Part shown: positions 25,272 through 37,645 of the stretch, piece by piece
Layout of the letters: each line of letters opens with the position of its first letter
Numbering within the stretch: the first letter of the stretch is position 1
Assembly (NCBI GenBank): GCA_013265495.1
Contig: MU058687.1
Coordinates: 5,330,093 to 5,394,092, forward strand
Reading direction: 5' to 3'
Length of the DNA stretch: 64,000 nt
From: Vicugna vicugna
Taxonomy: Eukaryota
Notes under the pieces: model-generated
What the model was told of the DNA's origin: nothing
The model's input: only the letters and a program-made list of their open reading frames with translations
The model's database searches: none
Position numbers and translations under genes: made by a program

Positions 25272-25379
25272 CTATTCAGAAAATATACAACTGTACCCTA
25301 GTGGTATCTCCCTTTAGAATTAAAGTCTCTGCCTTGTTAAATCTCTTATTTTCTGATTCCCTCCACAGAAAAACTTCCA

Positions 25380-27065
25380 GAAAAGTTTCTGCTGTCTCAA
25401 TTTCCTCACTTGTATCCACAATTTTCCTTCTCCCATTAGCTCATCAGTCCACCCTGGCTTCAGTCCCATCATTCCAGTGAAACTGCTCTTCTCATGTTGC
25501 CAAATACAAAGGGCACGTCCTTTCTTTCCTCTTTAATGGAACACTCCCCTTTCTTGACTTCCATGACAATATCCTCTTCTGGGTGTTTCCCATTCTGTCA
25601 CTGGTCATTCTTTCTAACTTTCTTTTGCTGGCTTTTTCCTCCATTATCTAAACTTAAGTATTGGAATTTCTCAAGGTTTTGCCTTGGACTCTCCATACAA
25701 CTCCTTCTAAGTGACTTAATCCATTCTCATTGTTTTAATTATTATATCTCTATACTAAATATCCCCCCATTTATATTTTTGTCCCATATCTCTACCCTGA
25801 GATCTAAACCTCTTCACCCTCTGCCTACTTGACAGCTTCATAGCCTCATGGTCATCTGAGATTCCCATTTCCAAGGCAGAACTTCTATTCCCTTCTGTAT
25901 TTCTCTTCCCCATGTCTGTGAGTAACACCATCAGCTATTTAATTGTTAAAGTTAGAAATCTAAGTATCACCCCTTATTCCTCTTTATTCTTCTCACCCTC
26001 TACACCTAATCAATCTAAATACATATAATTTTATCTCTAATGGGAATCTCCACTTTGTCCATGATGCTACGTCTCCACTGTCACCACCATGTTCTAATCA
26101 TCATTCTCTCCTACCCTTATGACCACAGTAGCCCATTGGCATGTTGCCCTGCTTCCATTGTCATTCATCTCCTATCAATTTTCTTTACAGCAGTTACAAT
26201 TATCTTTATAAACATGTAAATCAAATTACATCCTCTTTCTAATTCAATTCCTTGGATGAGCTACCGATGAATTTAGAATAAAATTTGGACACCTACAAGG
26301 CCCTAAATGATCAGGTTTCAGTTTATCTCTTCAATTTAGCTTTCTAGTCGTCCTTATCATTACCATCCAGCCATCAGGTAAATCCTTATCATTATTCTTC
26401 ATCATAGTTTCAAGTTTATTTCCTTCATAGGGAATGTGGTAGGCTTAAAAATAGCAGCTCAAAAGATATCCATGCTCTAATTTCTGTAATATGTGTCACT
26501 TTATGCGGCAAAAAAGGATTTTGCAACTGTGTTCCAGTTAAAGATCCTGAGATGGGGAGATTATCCTGAGTTCCCAAGATGAGACCTAAATGCCATCACA
26601 AGTGTCTTTGTAATAGGGAGGCTGAGGAAGACTTTACCACAGCCAGGGAGGCGACAGAGACCATGCAGGCAGAAATTAGAGTGATGAGGCCACAGACTAG
26701 GGAATGCAAGCAACCATTAGCAGCTCAAAGAGGCAAAGAGTGGTTTCTTCCCCTAGAAACTTCAAAGAACCTCAGCCCTGCTGGCACCTTGATTTCAACC
26801 CAGTGATACTTCTTGGACTTCAGGAGTGTAAGAGAATAAATTTCTATTGTTTAAGCCACCAAGTTTGTGGTCATGTGTTATGGTAGCCACAGGAAAATGA
26901 TTCAGGGTTATCATAATTAAGATCATTTAATCTATTTATTTGTTCTCCCTTATTAGGCTGCAAGTTCTATAAGAGCAGAATTGCATCTGTCTATTGTTTA
27001 TTATTATATGACCAGTATTTTGTCATTAGGAATTCAATAAATACATTTTGAATAAACGAATTAAT
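25380..27065 (+). mobile_element. L2 LINE interrupted by MLT1D
   Basis: ccagtgaaactgctctt… L2 body, tail aattcaataaatacattttgaataaacgaa. Confidence 0.7.
26435..26904 (+). mobile_element. MaLR solo LTR (MLT1D-like)
   Basis: tgtggtaggc…gagatggggagattatcctg…gtaagagaataaatttctattgtttaagccaccaagtttgtgg. Confidence 0.85.
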
Positions 27066-27169
27066 TTATCTTTCAATAAAGTGTTGCCCTTTAAAACTTT
27101 ACATCAAATCTTTCATCCATAGGCTGGGATCTTTAATATTAGTCAGTGAAGCAGGAAACTCTTCTTCCT

Positions 27170-28115
27170 ATTCCAACCCAAATCCAATCCATTACCCACT
27201 CTTCAGTCCTCAATATCACCCCACCTCCACTCTATTTCAAACTCCTAGGATCTCTTTCTGGACTAATGAAAACTCTTCCTTCTTTCCCACTTCCCTTCTT
27301 CCCTCTTTCTAATCTGGTCATTACACAGCCATTAGAATGACCTTGTACAATAGATTTGGCCACATAACATTATGTTTAAGATAACTTCAATGATTTCTTT
27401 GACCAGCATCTTCAACATGGTCTAAAAAGTTTTTTATTGACTGTCCACTCCTGCTTCTCCAGCGTATCACCACAGCATCTACTTCCCACCTCTCTACAGT
27501 AGCATGGAGGAGTCTTTATGTCCTCATGATTTACCTTACTCCTTCCCACTATAAAGCCTTGGCAAATAATTTCCTCTCTCCATTTTCCTTAATTTTATGC
27601 ATGGTTTGTGTTTCCTCCAAATCCCTATGTTAAAGCCTTAACCCCTCAACGTGATAGTATTTAGAGGTGGGGCTGTTGGGAAATAGATTTAAATGAGGTC
27701 ATAACAGTGGGGTCCCTGATGATAGGAATAGGGTCCTTAAAAAAGAGGAAGAGACCAGAGCTCTCTCTCTTTCTCCACTAACTGAAGACACAGTAAGAAG
27801 GTAGCTTTTTGCAAGCCAGGAAGAGGGACCCCACCAGATACTGAGTCTGCTGGCTTTATTTTGGACTTCTCAGCCTCCAGAACTGTGAGAAATGTCTCTC
27901 TGTTATTTTAGCCACCCAATCTATAGTCAGCTTGAGCTGACTAAGGTACCTAGTTACTGTTGGTCCTCTTCACCATGCTGTGGACCCTAAAAGGGCATGA
28001 GGGTAGAAAACACATATTTTTAAAAAATCATTTCTATAGTCACAGAATGTAGCAGAGTGTCCAGTACAGCAGCAGATTCTCAACAACAACAAAGTTAAAT
28101 GAATGAATAAATGGT
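27170..28115 (+). mobile_element. L2 fragment interrupted by MLT1A
   Basis: L2 motifs on both sides; tail aaatgaatgaataaatg. Confidence 0.55.
27597..27948 (+). mobile_element. MaLR solo LTR (MLT1A0-like)
   Basis: …ttggacttctcagcctccagaactgtgagaaat…gagctgactaag. Confidence 0.85.
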
Positions 28116-28169
28116 AACTTAAAAAATGTTTTAATTTTTTAAAAGATGCTTTAATTTTGTATGATGACT

Positions 28170-28625
28170 TCAAATATTTCAACGTGTTTTTACACACTAT
28201 TGCATTTAATATTCCTAGAGATCTCATAATAAAGACAGGATAGGTAATCTAATTCTTTTCACTTTGTAAGATGAAGAATTAGACTTCTGGAGGTTTAAAT
28301 GACTTAGCCAGGATGATATAGCCAATAAATTTTAAAGGGACTAATTATACTACACAGACGTATAGGAGATAACCTGCACTTCATGCATAAGTATATACAT
28401 ACTATGTCTTGAGTGCAGTGTGTCAAGCAGTAAGCATTGTAAATGCATTAAATCCTTTAATCCAGAAAACAACCCTATAAAGTGGGTACCGCTGTATTCT
28501 CACTTCAAGGATAAATAAATTGATCTGTGGTTGAGAAACTTTTTCAAAAAACACAGTTGTGATACAGGCTAACCCAAGCTTAAACTTAAGTCTCTGTGAT
28601 TCCAAAGTCTAAAATTCTTACCCTT
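28170..28625 (-). mobile_element. Two MIR fragments
   Basis: gatgaagaatt…aggtttaaatgacttagcc; second copy 28400-28625. Confidence 0.55.
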
Positions 28626-28789
28626 CACCTGGGAGATCCTTTTTTAATGCTGAGATGTTTCACATGTACCAAAAAGTATAAAAATAACATAATGTAATCC
28701 ATTAATTCATCATTCAGCATAAGAAATAAAACATCACAGATGAAAGGGATGCCTCCTAATTCCCTTGCCACATTCTCTTTTCTCACTGG

Positions 28790-29143
28790 TAGAATTACTT
28801 TTAATTGAGTGATTTCAGTATAAAGTTGGGTTTACACCAAGAAAACCAATTGCTCTTTTAAGGGAGGAAGATTTCTCTATTGTTCTAATCTATGCATGAG
28901 AAAAGATGTATATGGAAGAGTAGGTTGTGTAGGTCCCCAACCTCCCTCATTATACCAATGTAGCATGTAGGTTGAGTAAACAGGTAATTGTAGTCTTCAC
29001 TGTCAAGCCTGAGCCAGTGCTCTTGGTCAATGAGAATGTCCCTGTAAGCAGCCTTTTGGAAATTGCCTAGAAATCCAGATACTTCACAAGGCTCCTCTGC
29101 CATAGTACTAGACCCTCCTAGGAAGCTCTTTCTGGCACATTTC
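28790..29143 (-). pseudogene. Pseudo-exon (3' end approximate)
   Basis: Acceptor gggatttag|; phase-2 join enters the 89-aa ORF 28885-29154. An adjacent frame reads EGLVLWQRSLVKY, like RGS22 ENGLLFWQEVQKY (recalled). Confidence 0.55.
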
Positions 29144-29237
29144 CTAAATCCCACAAAGGATAAGATTTTGGGTGTGGTAATTTTTATAATACTTGGAAAC
29201 CAAACCTTTGAGGGAGTTAATCTTCTTTATCAATTAC

Positions 29238-29610
29238 CTGGTTGTTGGAAAAAATTAATTAGGTAGAACTATCACACTATTTTTTTGACCAACTGATGAG
29301 AATTTTGATACAAAGAGGACATGATTATAGAATTCACAGAACACTCCTTGGGCATCGCCCTACTTAACTTGGAGAGAGTCCACCTGAAAAAAAAAAATGG
29401 TGCAGCAGATTGTTGTTTTCCATGACACAAACGTATAAAACATTTCATCTTGAATTCTCTTTCAACAGCTGGTATTTTGAATCTGAGCTCTGGGTTCCGC
29501 CATTAATCCAAAAAGCTTGTGATACTGTTCAAGTGTGTATCCACTGGCGATAATACTTTCCCTAATTGTGCCTATTGGTTAATGCAACCTCTTCATGGGT
29601 TCTAACATAT
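29238..29610 (-). pseudogene. Pseudo-exon (or two; alternative acceptor at 29383)
   Basis: Acceptor cattcttttag|, donor CCAG|gtaatt. One continuous frame (…SGYTLEQYHKLFGLMAEPRAQ…VDSLQVK*GDAQGVFCEFYNH…) ending in phase 2. Confidence 0.55.
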
Positions 29611-29789
29611 CTAAAAGAATGTACTGGTCCTTATACTAAGTGCAGCAAAGTCCTATTTAATTGAATGATTATTACATGTCATTCTATCAGTTAATTGAAT
29701 TACCCTCAGAAATCAGGATGTCTCTACATAATTGCATATTTGTAAAAACACAGAGAAAACTGGAACATTAAAGAAACAATGAGCAGTTT

Positions 29790-30093
29790 CTTTTAACTAC
29801 AGGCTTGAACTGAACCCTCTTTGGTTCTTCTTCAAGTAAATTTTTCCTTCTTTTTGCATAACAACATTAAGTTTAAGATGAGGACTGGCTCAAAAGGAAA
29901 ACAAACACAGACAATAAGAAGAAGGGAAATTTCCATCCATACTCAGTAAATTAATACCACTAAAAGAAGAATCTAGTATGGATGTTCCTCTAAGGAAATC
30001 TGGGAAAAAGTGCTTTTTAGTATATGTCTCTGAAAGGCCTTTTAAAAAGTCCAAGGACAGATTGACCATGGAATGCACATGAGACAAGCCATT
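29790..30093 (-). pseudogene. Pseudo-exon (3' end approximate)
   Basis: Acceptor ttgattcttccag|, phase 0 into ORF 29890-30087 (NGLSHVHSMVNLSLDFLKGL...). Confidence 0.5.
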
Positions 30094-30519
30094 CTGGAAG
30101 AATCAAGTGAACCTGACCAAGTATCCCCTAATCAAATAATGAGCATGCTTAGTTCCAGGCAGCTGCAGGTGGAAATGTGCCTGACATTGGTCACCAGTGT
30201 TTGCTCTCGTCTGGGATGTTTTCACACATAATTCCCTACCTCCTTCCTCCCTACCCTATCCTCTGCTTCTTCTATTCCTTGCAGTCAAAAAAGATTCATA
30301 ACAGAATGTTGACTTGGTGATCTCATTCCAAGGCCCTGTCTATTTAGACACAATAATTTGAAGAGGAAATAAAACTAGTCACACTGGGAAAGGAAAACTA
30401 ATAAAAAGGTTTTAGTCAGTCACTTAAAAGGAATAAACTGAATTCAATCTCTGTTTCATTCCCAAGATGGTTTGGGCATGTAGGCCAAGCCTGGGTAGTA
30501 ACACAAGCTTAACAAATTA

Positions 30520-30861
30520 GGATTCTGTTCCTGAGAAATTCGGCATGTAGCTGAAAGGCCCTCCTACCGGGGTCCTTCACTAACAGCTGATTTGCAGTCA
30601 TTTCTGAGGCGGAGTCTCATAGTTGGCTAACATTGTGGACTGGTGATGACACTACAAAGTGACAAATAGCCTTTGGAATTTCAACTGTCAGACTGATGAA
30701 GGAAGAACGAGTTCAAAACGACCTCCACTATCTGGCATTCCCAGTATTAACCAAAGGGGTCCAAGAGACTAATTAGCCACAGAAAATCAAAGGTAACAGA
30801 TTTACCCCTTCAGTAAACTGGAGCTGTTTCCTCAATACAGAAGAAGCCCAATAAGCAAAAA
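30520..30861 (-). pseudogene. Pseudo-exon with RGS-like motifs (3' end approximate)
   Basis: Acceptor ttgtcattccttag|; contains QLLVKDP / (frameshift) VGGPFSY, resembling the RGSL1 'ALCADACAGNPF' type motif (recalled). Confidence 0.5.
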
Positions 30862-31072
30862 CTAAGGAATGACAACTTTCGACAAAGAAGATATTTTTAA
30901 GTGAAAGCTGGCTTTTGTATGTATTTCCTGGTGGTTAAGAAAAACAGAGAATTAACATTGATTTAACACCCAGCCTGGGTCAAGCATGGTCCTGGGAGAC
31001 TTTTATGCATAACCCCATCGAATTGCCAAAATAGTCCTATGAGCTCCTGCAAAAAGAAATAAATGTCCTTAC

Positions 31073-31180
31073 CTGTGTTCCATTTTGAAGTCATACACAG
31101 AAAGAAGTTACTTTCTAATGACACGATACCAGATTAATGTTGGTGATAAAATGTAGTAAGTACATAGTTCTTGCATCTAC
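31073..31180 (-). pseudogene. Pseudo-exon (108 bp)
   Basis: Acceptor ctcttctctgtctaag| and donor CAG|gtaagg; length is a multiple of 3. Confidence 0.55.
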
Positions 31181-31896
31181 CTTAGACAGAGAAGAGCTTT
31201 TGAACTTGAGCTGAACTCTGACCACCTCCCTAATGGGTGAGATACCAGGCAGTCTTGGAGAAACAAAAGGGTTCTCCATAAACAGCAGTAGGAAAGATGC
31301 TGTTTCAGTGGGAAAATTTATGAATTAAGCAGGCATCTCATTTAGTAGGATCCAAAGAAACTTGATTTGGATTTGAAGTAATACAGAATTTTAAGACTCC
31401 CAAGGACATCTGCCCTTTGATCTTCAAGTGTAGATAAAAAATAGTTCCATTCAACTGAATTTATTGAAAACTATTTACTATGCAATACTGTGGGATCTAT
31501 ATAATGATAACCAAAGTGTGATTCTTTCCAATAGCTTATAGTTTCTTTGCATAGTGGGTAGAATAGGAGGAAACTGAGGGAAAAACTGCTAAGTCTTAAA
31601 GGTCTTGACCAACTTAGCTACTGTTCAAAAAAGTTAAAACAGCTTCAGAAAAGTAACTCTTGACCATATCTGTAAGTTTCTCCAATGAAGTTTCCTAATC
31701 ACGTCATTTAGTAATAATTTCAATATGTAACAGATAAGGAAACTGGGACTTAGAACTTGTCAGAACCAGGATCCTCTCTGTTGCATCCAGTGAAGTTTCT
31801 CCTATGCTATTTGGCCTCACAGTGCCATGCTATTTCTCAACCCATTTCTGAACCACAGTTGATTAATTAAAATTATGGCTTAATGTATTTATTTAC

Positions 31897-32201
31897 TTAT
31901 AATTTTAATGGGTTGAGCAGTCGTTTCAGTGACTGTCCAATTCAGCCCAAATGGTCAACCTTATAACCTCCGCTAGATTGAGCTTCCAAGACTTTTCTCC
32001 TCGTGGCATTAGTAATATGTCTGTTTGTCAGAGGACAGCATGAACTCACAATCAGCCTGTTTGAAAAGGTTCTTGTGACTAAATCTGATAATGGTGCCAG
32101 AGCTTTGGCAGCATGGCCACAAAAAGTTATAGGTCAAATCCAACAACTTATTACACCATCTGGAGTTCCCTGATGAGAAAGGACATGTTGTGTTGGCATG
32201 C
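31897..32201 (-). pseudogene. Pseudo-exon (3' end uncertain)
   Basis: Acceptor ttaatctcatgtag|; phase-1 join gives PYNS|GMPTQHVLSHQGTPDG... with few stops; weak donor TAA|gtaaat. Confidence 0.45.
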
Positions 32202-32330
32202 CTACATGAGATTAAGATAATCATTTTATTAGTAAAAGACAAAAGGCATTGGGAAACATTTATTAGAAACTATTAAGCAATTCCTACCTTGGATTTTGGC
32301 CTGAGTTATTACATTATCATTAAAGTATAC

Positions 32331-32672
32331 CTGAATTATATGGCTTAGAAATTTTGATATAATCAACAGAGAAAGGGGTCCTGCATATTGTGTTGGGACC
32401 AGTACACAAAGCAGGGCGAGATACATGTTTACAGACTGAGAATTCTGATGCGTTTGGTGGAAAAAACATTTGGAACTTAACTGAGACTCCCCCTAATATC
32501 CTCAAAACTTTTCGCTGACTCACGATTTTGGAATATAAACAAGGCAACTTTGTTCAAAAAGCTTATTCTTTCTGAATGAATTGGACAGCAATTGTTTATC
32601 TTGGGTGATTATCTCAACACTCAGTAGCCTCTGATGTCGTTGGATATAAAGTCTAACTAAGGTGACTACCAT
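32331..32672 (-). pseudogene. Pseudo-exon (342 bp, phase 1-1)
   Basis: Acceptor tcttacaaag|, donor TCAG|gtatac. Frame equals ORF 32320-32547 and reads AVQFIQKE*AF*TKLPCLYSKIVSQ, like the RGS22 N-terminal IKWIKKERLPAFL..AKLVSQ (recalled). Confidence 0.6.
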
Positions 32673-33429
32673 CTTTGTAAGAGACGAATAGATTTCATTA
32701 TAGTGGTTCCTTTCAAATTCCTTGGAGAGGATCTAAAATGAGGTGCTGGAAGTTTGGTTATCTACCTAAAAGATCAGCTTAAGCTTCTCTGAATCGTCAC
32801 AAGCATAAAGCTATCAGGAAAGAAAATGAATGAATGCTTGGATGGCAGTCTGACCGTGGTCTCATTGAGAAGCTGCTATAAAGCTGACATTGCCACATTT
32901 GACCTCCTACCCTGCATTCTGCCATTCATCTAATATACTGTTTTCCTCCAAGTCTACTCTATATACTTACTCTTCTTCAAAGGTCACTGAAATTTCACCT
33001 TTTCTATAAAGTCTAAATGAGAGTGTGATGCTCTGGCTAGGTAATCTTCTTGGCTAGAGCATAAGTGATTCTTTCGTGTAATGACTTTGTTAAAAATATT
33101 CTTTAAATGTACCATTAAATATATATGAATTATATTTTATTAAATATACATTACTAAAATATAAAAGTATATTAAAACAAAATATTAAGGATACTTTTAA
33201 AAGATAAACAGGATAATGATCTCCTCTGGTACCTGTTTTCCCATATTTTCCAGCACTGAGGTGACTAGAGCTCTTAAACCATCTATAAAACTCCATAAAT
33301 GTCAATGTGATTGTAATCTCTACTGTCATTTAGGGAACAAGATGCACTCCTGAGGTTTCTTTAAGACATTTTTGACTATGGGCCAATTAATTAATTATGT
33401 TTGTCATGGAACAAACAGCTATTCGAGTC

Positions 33430-33725
33430 ACTGTGGTTTAGTGATTTAACACGTGACTTGTGGAGCCATACTGCCTGAATTTGAAATCTGATTCCTTCCA
33501 TTTACAAGCACCTGGTCTTCAGCAAGTAAACTAACCCATCTCTGCCTAGCTTTCCCCATCTTTGAAATGAGAACCATAGCAACGTCTACCTCATTCGATT
33601 GTTATAAATTAGATTAATATAAATTATTAGATTATATTATAATGTATATTACTATACTGATACAAGTAAAATGCTTAGGACAGTGTCTGGCACAAAATAA
33701 GAACTCAGTACACAAGTTGTTATTA
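33430..33725 (+). mobile_element. MIR SINE
   Basis: tggagccatactgcctgaatttgaa…atgcttaggacagtgtctggcaca. Confidence 0.75.
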
Positions 33726-35744
33726 TTCTCTTGGAACTAGTTTACCTTCTCTCCTCAGATAAGCACTTTCATTTCCATCCACCTCATCTTGCTGCTGGAT
33801 TTCTGTTCTGATTTACCCATGCCAACACCTCGCCCTGACTCACGGTGCCACAGAAACTCTTTAGTACCGCAGAAGCTCCTCAAAGACCACATCGTCTACC
33901 TCTTTGGGTTTCCCACATGACCTAGCATTGTATTCAGCATGGGGTGAGTAAACATTAAGTACCTATTGGAACAAATTGCTCCGGTTGTGTCCTGACAATA
34001 CACACTGTCAGTCAGACAATCTTCACTCTCACTGGTGTCTTGATGAGATGACCCAATGCCATCTTGAGAATTATTAAAGACAAGTTATAAGCAACATGAC
34101 TGTAATTAAGCCATTAAATCTTATAGGGTGTGATCTGCAATACTTCATTACTTTGTTCTCAGTGAGTTATTGGGCAAAAGGATCAAGGCCAAGAGTGCAT
34201 ATGAAGCTAGATGCCAGATAATAGACTCTGATATTCAGATTGTGAACTATGATGGTCAAATTGTTTTTTCGGAAAAAATAACTACATTATCAATAAGAGA
34301 TAGGCTGAAGAGGGATCAAATTACAAATTTCACTGACATGTAGCCAAGAATTGAGTCTACCAAAATACTTACCTACTCACTCGCATGATCTGAGAAACTA
34401 GCCAAAACTAAACAGTACTAAGACATGTGGGTAATCCAGTGCGGAAAAAAATGAATAAATATTTATTGATCACAAAAGTCATGTCTCTTTACCAGTCTTT
34501 AGTTGTTTGTTTTTTCCTCATCCATACAGAAACAGAGGAAAGGTAAAGTACTACATGATATACAGGGTGTTTCTTCCAACTTAAGCGTTCCATGATTCTA
34601 ACCTTGAACAGGCAACCAGAAACAGACTATATATTATCCTTTTCAACTGCTTGTGCTGACATGGTCCATGGCCACAGAAAAATACAGTGGGATCAAGGGA
34701 AGTGAAAATGAGTCTTGTGGGAGAAGAACTCTAAGCCATTCACTTAGTACAGATCTAATAAATGACTTTAATAACAAAAACGAAAATAAAAGAGGAATCC
34801 TCTTTCTAGCTAACCTTATTGCTCCAAGTTTCTAAGCCAGCCATTTTTAGGTTTAGCGGGGTTGACAGACACATACGAGAAGAACACGGTGTATATTTTT
34901 TAATTTAAAAATACTTTTGAAATTTCCTACCTAAATCAATGTTTTATAAATCCAATCACAGTTAAAATGTATTAGAAAAGCTTGGTATTTAAGGTAACTC
35001 TGTAATGATTCTTTCTACATAGCACATGATTGACAGCTCATATATATGATTGATATATTCACTTCTTTTATTAAGCAGAGTGCATCTCAACCAGAAAAAG
35101 TAGTGCCATAATGCCAAGGCTTCCAATCAGGTCTATTCTTGCCTTTGTTTTGTGAGGATTAAGCAAGATAACATACGTAAAGCTCTTCAAAGAGAGCCTG
35201 ACATGCATAAGCATTCAAGAAATGTTAGCTATTGTTATTCTTCTTGCTTTCTTTTTTTTAATGTGGTATGTCCATAAATTCCCAAATATTCCCTAGTGAG
35301 GTAGGTTAAAGAAATCTCTGTCTTACTTGCTCTTTTTCTATGAATCTGCCCTCTCTACCACATTCTCCCTGAAGCAAGTAAAAGCTGTAACTGGAAAAAC
35401 AGGATTCAAGTAAATTCTTCAGAGGATTTCACAATCAGATTGAGCTCAAATAATGCATAATTCATCATACTGAGTTCATATTTTGGCTAAGACAGAAAGG
35501 CGGCTATTAGCCTTTGTGATACTAACTTAAATTGTGAAGTCAAACTTTTATTTCTCTTTAGCTTTTTATTGTCAAGTCTAATTGCTTATTTATTTAAGTT
35601 CATCTGCTTTATTGTCTACAAAAATTGTTTTGTTTATGGCTTTTTTTAAAAAAAAATAAGTGTTTTTTAAATTTTGAAATTTTTACAACCTAAACCCATG
35701 GATATATTTTTACATGCTACCAGTTTTGATAAAAAGTACAAAAA

Positions 35745-35965
35745 GAGGCAGTATAGAATTAAAAGATGGGCTTTAGAATTGAAATTTAGTCCTTCCTCTA
35801 ATCATGAGGACTTAGGCGCATTACTTATTCTCTTCCAGCTTCAATTTCCTCATTTCTAAAATAGAGAGGATAGTTCAGAGTTCATAGAGTTATTGTAGGA
35901 AATCAAATAATTTAAAATAAATGTCAAGGACCTTGTACATGGTGAGTTCTCAATGCTTGTATTTC
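35745..35965 (+). mobile_element. MIR SINE
   Basis: cagcttcaatttcctcatttctaaaat core. Confidence 0.65.
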
Positions 35966-37600
35966 TATAAAAACTGCTGAGCTGGACAGAATCTCACAGG
36001 TCATTAGAACAGCCTTTAAACAAGAAAGTATTAGCCTCAGCAAATATTCTTTTAATAAAAGAATAAATGAAAATATAATACATACACTGCTCTTTAAGTA
36101 CAGATATTTACTTTGACTCTTGTCCATTGATATTCAATTTGATCTAAGTACACACATACACACACATTTAGTTACATAGCTATGTATTTGTATGCACATT
36201 TATATACACAGCATGTGTATTATTGGTCTGTGATTTCCTCTGAACACATTTAAGCGTACATTAATAAGTCTCTTCTGAGTTCAGGATTGGCCAAGTATGT
36301 CCTCATTAAAATTCAAGTTTTCTATGATCCAATGTTTTCCTACAGTTTGAAAATATTTATCAATATATAGTCTTGATCCATCATCTGTTTGAAGTTCTTA
36401 GTACTTCATGTTTAATCCAGACCCCCCTTCAAAACTTTAGAAACAGTATACCTTTCCCATAATCATCTCCAACCCATCAATTTTCAAACACATCAATCAT
36501 GTTGCAGAGTCACTTCCAAGCCCTGACATATTTAGTTGGACAGCACCAAAACCTTTCTTGCTAAAAGTATACGCAAATCACCCAAAAATATCCATCCAAT
36601 TTACCTCACACAATTTACATTAGTGTTTACCAACGCTACAGGGTTGAGTAGCCTACTGATATGTGCAAATAAGAATATCTTGCCCTTTATAAAGATGATG
36701 CTACTGACTTACCTTCACAACACAAGCGTTTTGAATTATTTTCTTGGTGATGGATTATATACACTATGCCTATTCTCCTTTCCAAATAAAGTCTACCCTA
36801 TATACTTCCCACCCCCTGCCACCTCCACTGCATTCTCTTCATTACCAAATACATTGATGACAAGTGTAACTGGGGTAACTGGGGTTAAGAGTATAACACG
36901 TGTTCTCCAATAGATAAAATTTCAGTGGCCCATATTGAGCTCATGATTCTACCTTTTTTAGGAGCTTTTCCTCATTAATGAAACTAACTGATCTACACTT
37001 AATTGATATTAATTTGGTTACTGAATAAATTGAATTAGCCCTAGTATGGCTTCAGTGCTTTCTGGTCTCAGAGAGAACCCCGGCTCTCAGATGCGGTTGT
37101 GTTACACATCTCTCCGCACAGCTAACACTGGTATAGGAGCTGGAGCAGGCGGTCTTTGAGACTTCGACATTCTTTTTTGTCTCTGATTGGTGCTTTTTTA
37201 TGTTGTATGTGCGTGTGTGTTAGCTGTTACTGCGTTGGGAATTATTTTAAGCTTAAGTCTCCTTGCTTTTGCTTCCCTATGTTCCTCATCACTTATAAAT
37301 GTGCCACATATTTTATAAAGTATCATCTCTCTGGTTTTTTGTGAACTTGACCATCTCTGTATCATTTTCTTGCCTCCTCCTTTTTTAAAACTTATCTTCG
37401 GTTTCCCTTTTAAATTTACTTTCCACTTGTTTTTGAACTTTCACTTACAGCAGATGCTATTAGAGTGGAATTAAGACAACAGGCAGGAAGACATGCACTC
37501 ACCTTAACTCATCAGGAAAAAAGTGAATGCAGCCTAAGGTCTATTTTGAGGATCTACAAATGAACTTAAATGATTTCAGGTCAGTATATATTCTTTACAT

Positions 37601-37602
<2 letters not shown>

Positions 37603-37644
<42 letters not shown>
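37603..37644. repeat. (AAT)14 microsatellite followed by AT-rich low-complexity DNA to ~37925
   Basis: Seen directly. Confidence 0.95.

Positions 37645-37645
<1 letters not shown>

Larger units (their letters stand above)
1963..32672 (-). pseudogene. Decayed multi-exon gene, RGS22/RGSL1-like multi-RGS-domain protein (probable unitary pseudogene); may extend 5' to ~36.9 kb
   Basis: Chain of minus-strand exons with AG/GT sites, many phase-compatible. In-frame stops are often TGA/TAA/TAG one substitution from Arg/Gln, and there are frameshifts. Reconstructed peptides resemble RGS22/RGSL1 segments recalled from memory, in collinear order (KE..AF..KIVSQ; D.VGGPF; CLMFWL; FPAHS*EEEEV*S*V; GWF*L; LV*FQLLKG). 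Confidence 0.7.

Noticed and set aside
29250..29330. HVLFVSK…VIVLP resemblance to the GREB1 glycosyltransferase motif
   Set aside because: Short isolated match with no other collinear GREB1 motifs; RGS22/RGSL1 explains more of the exons.
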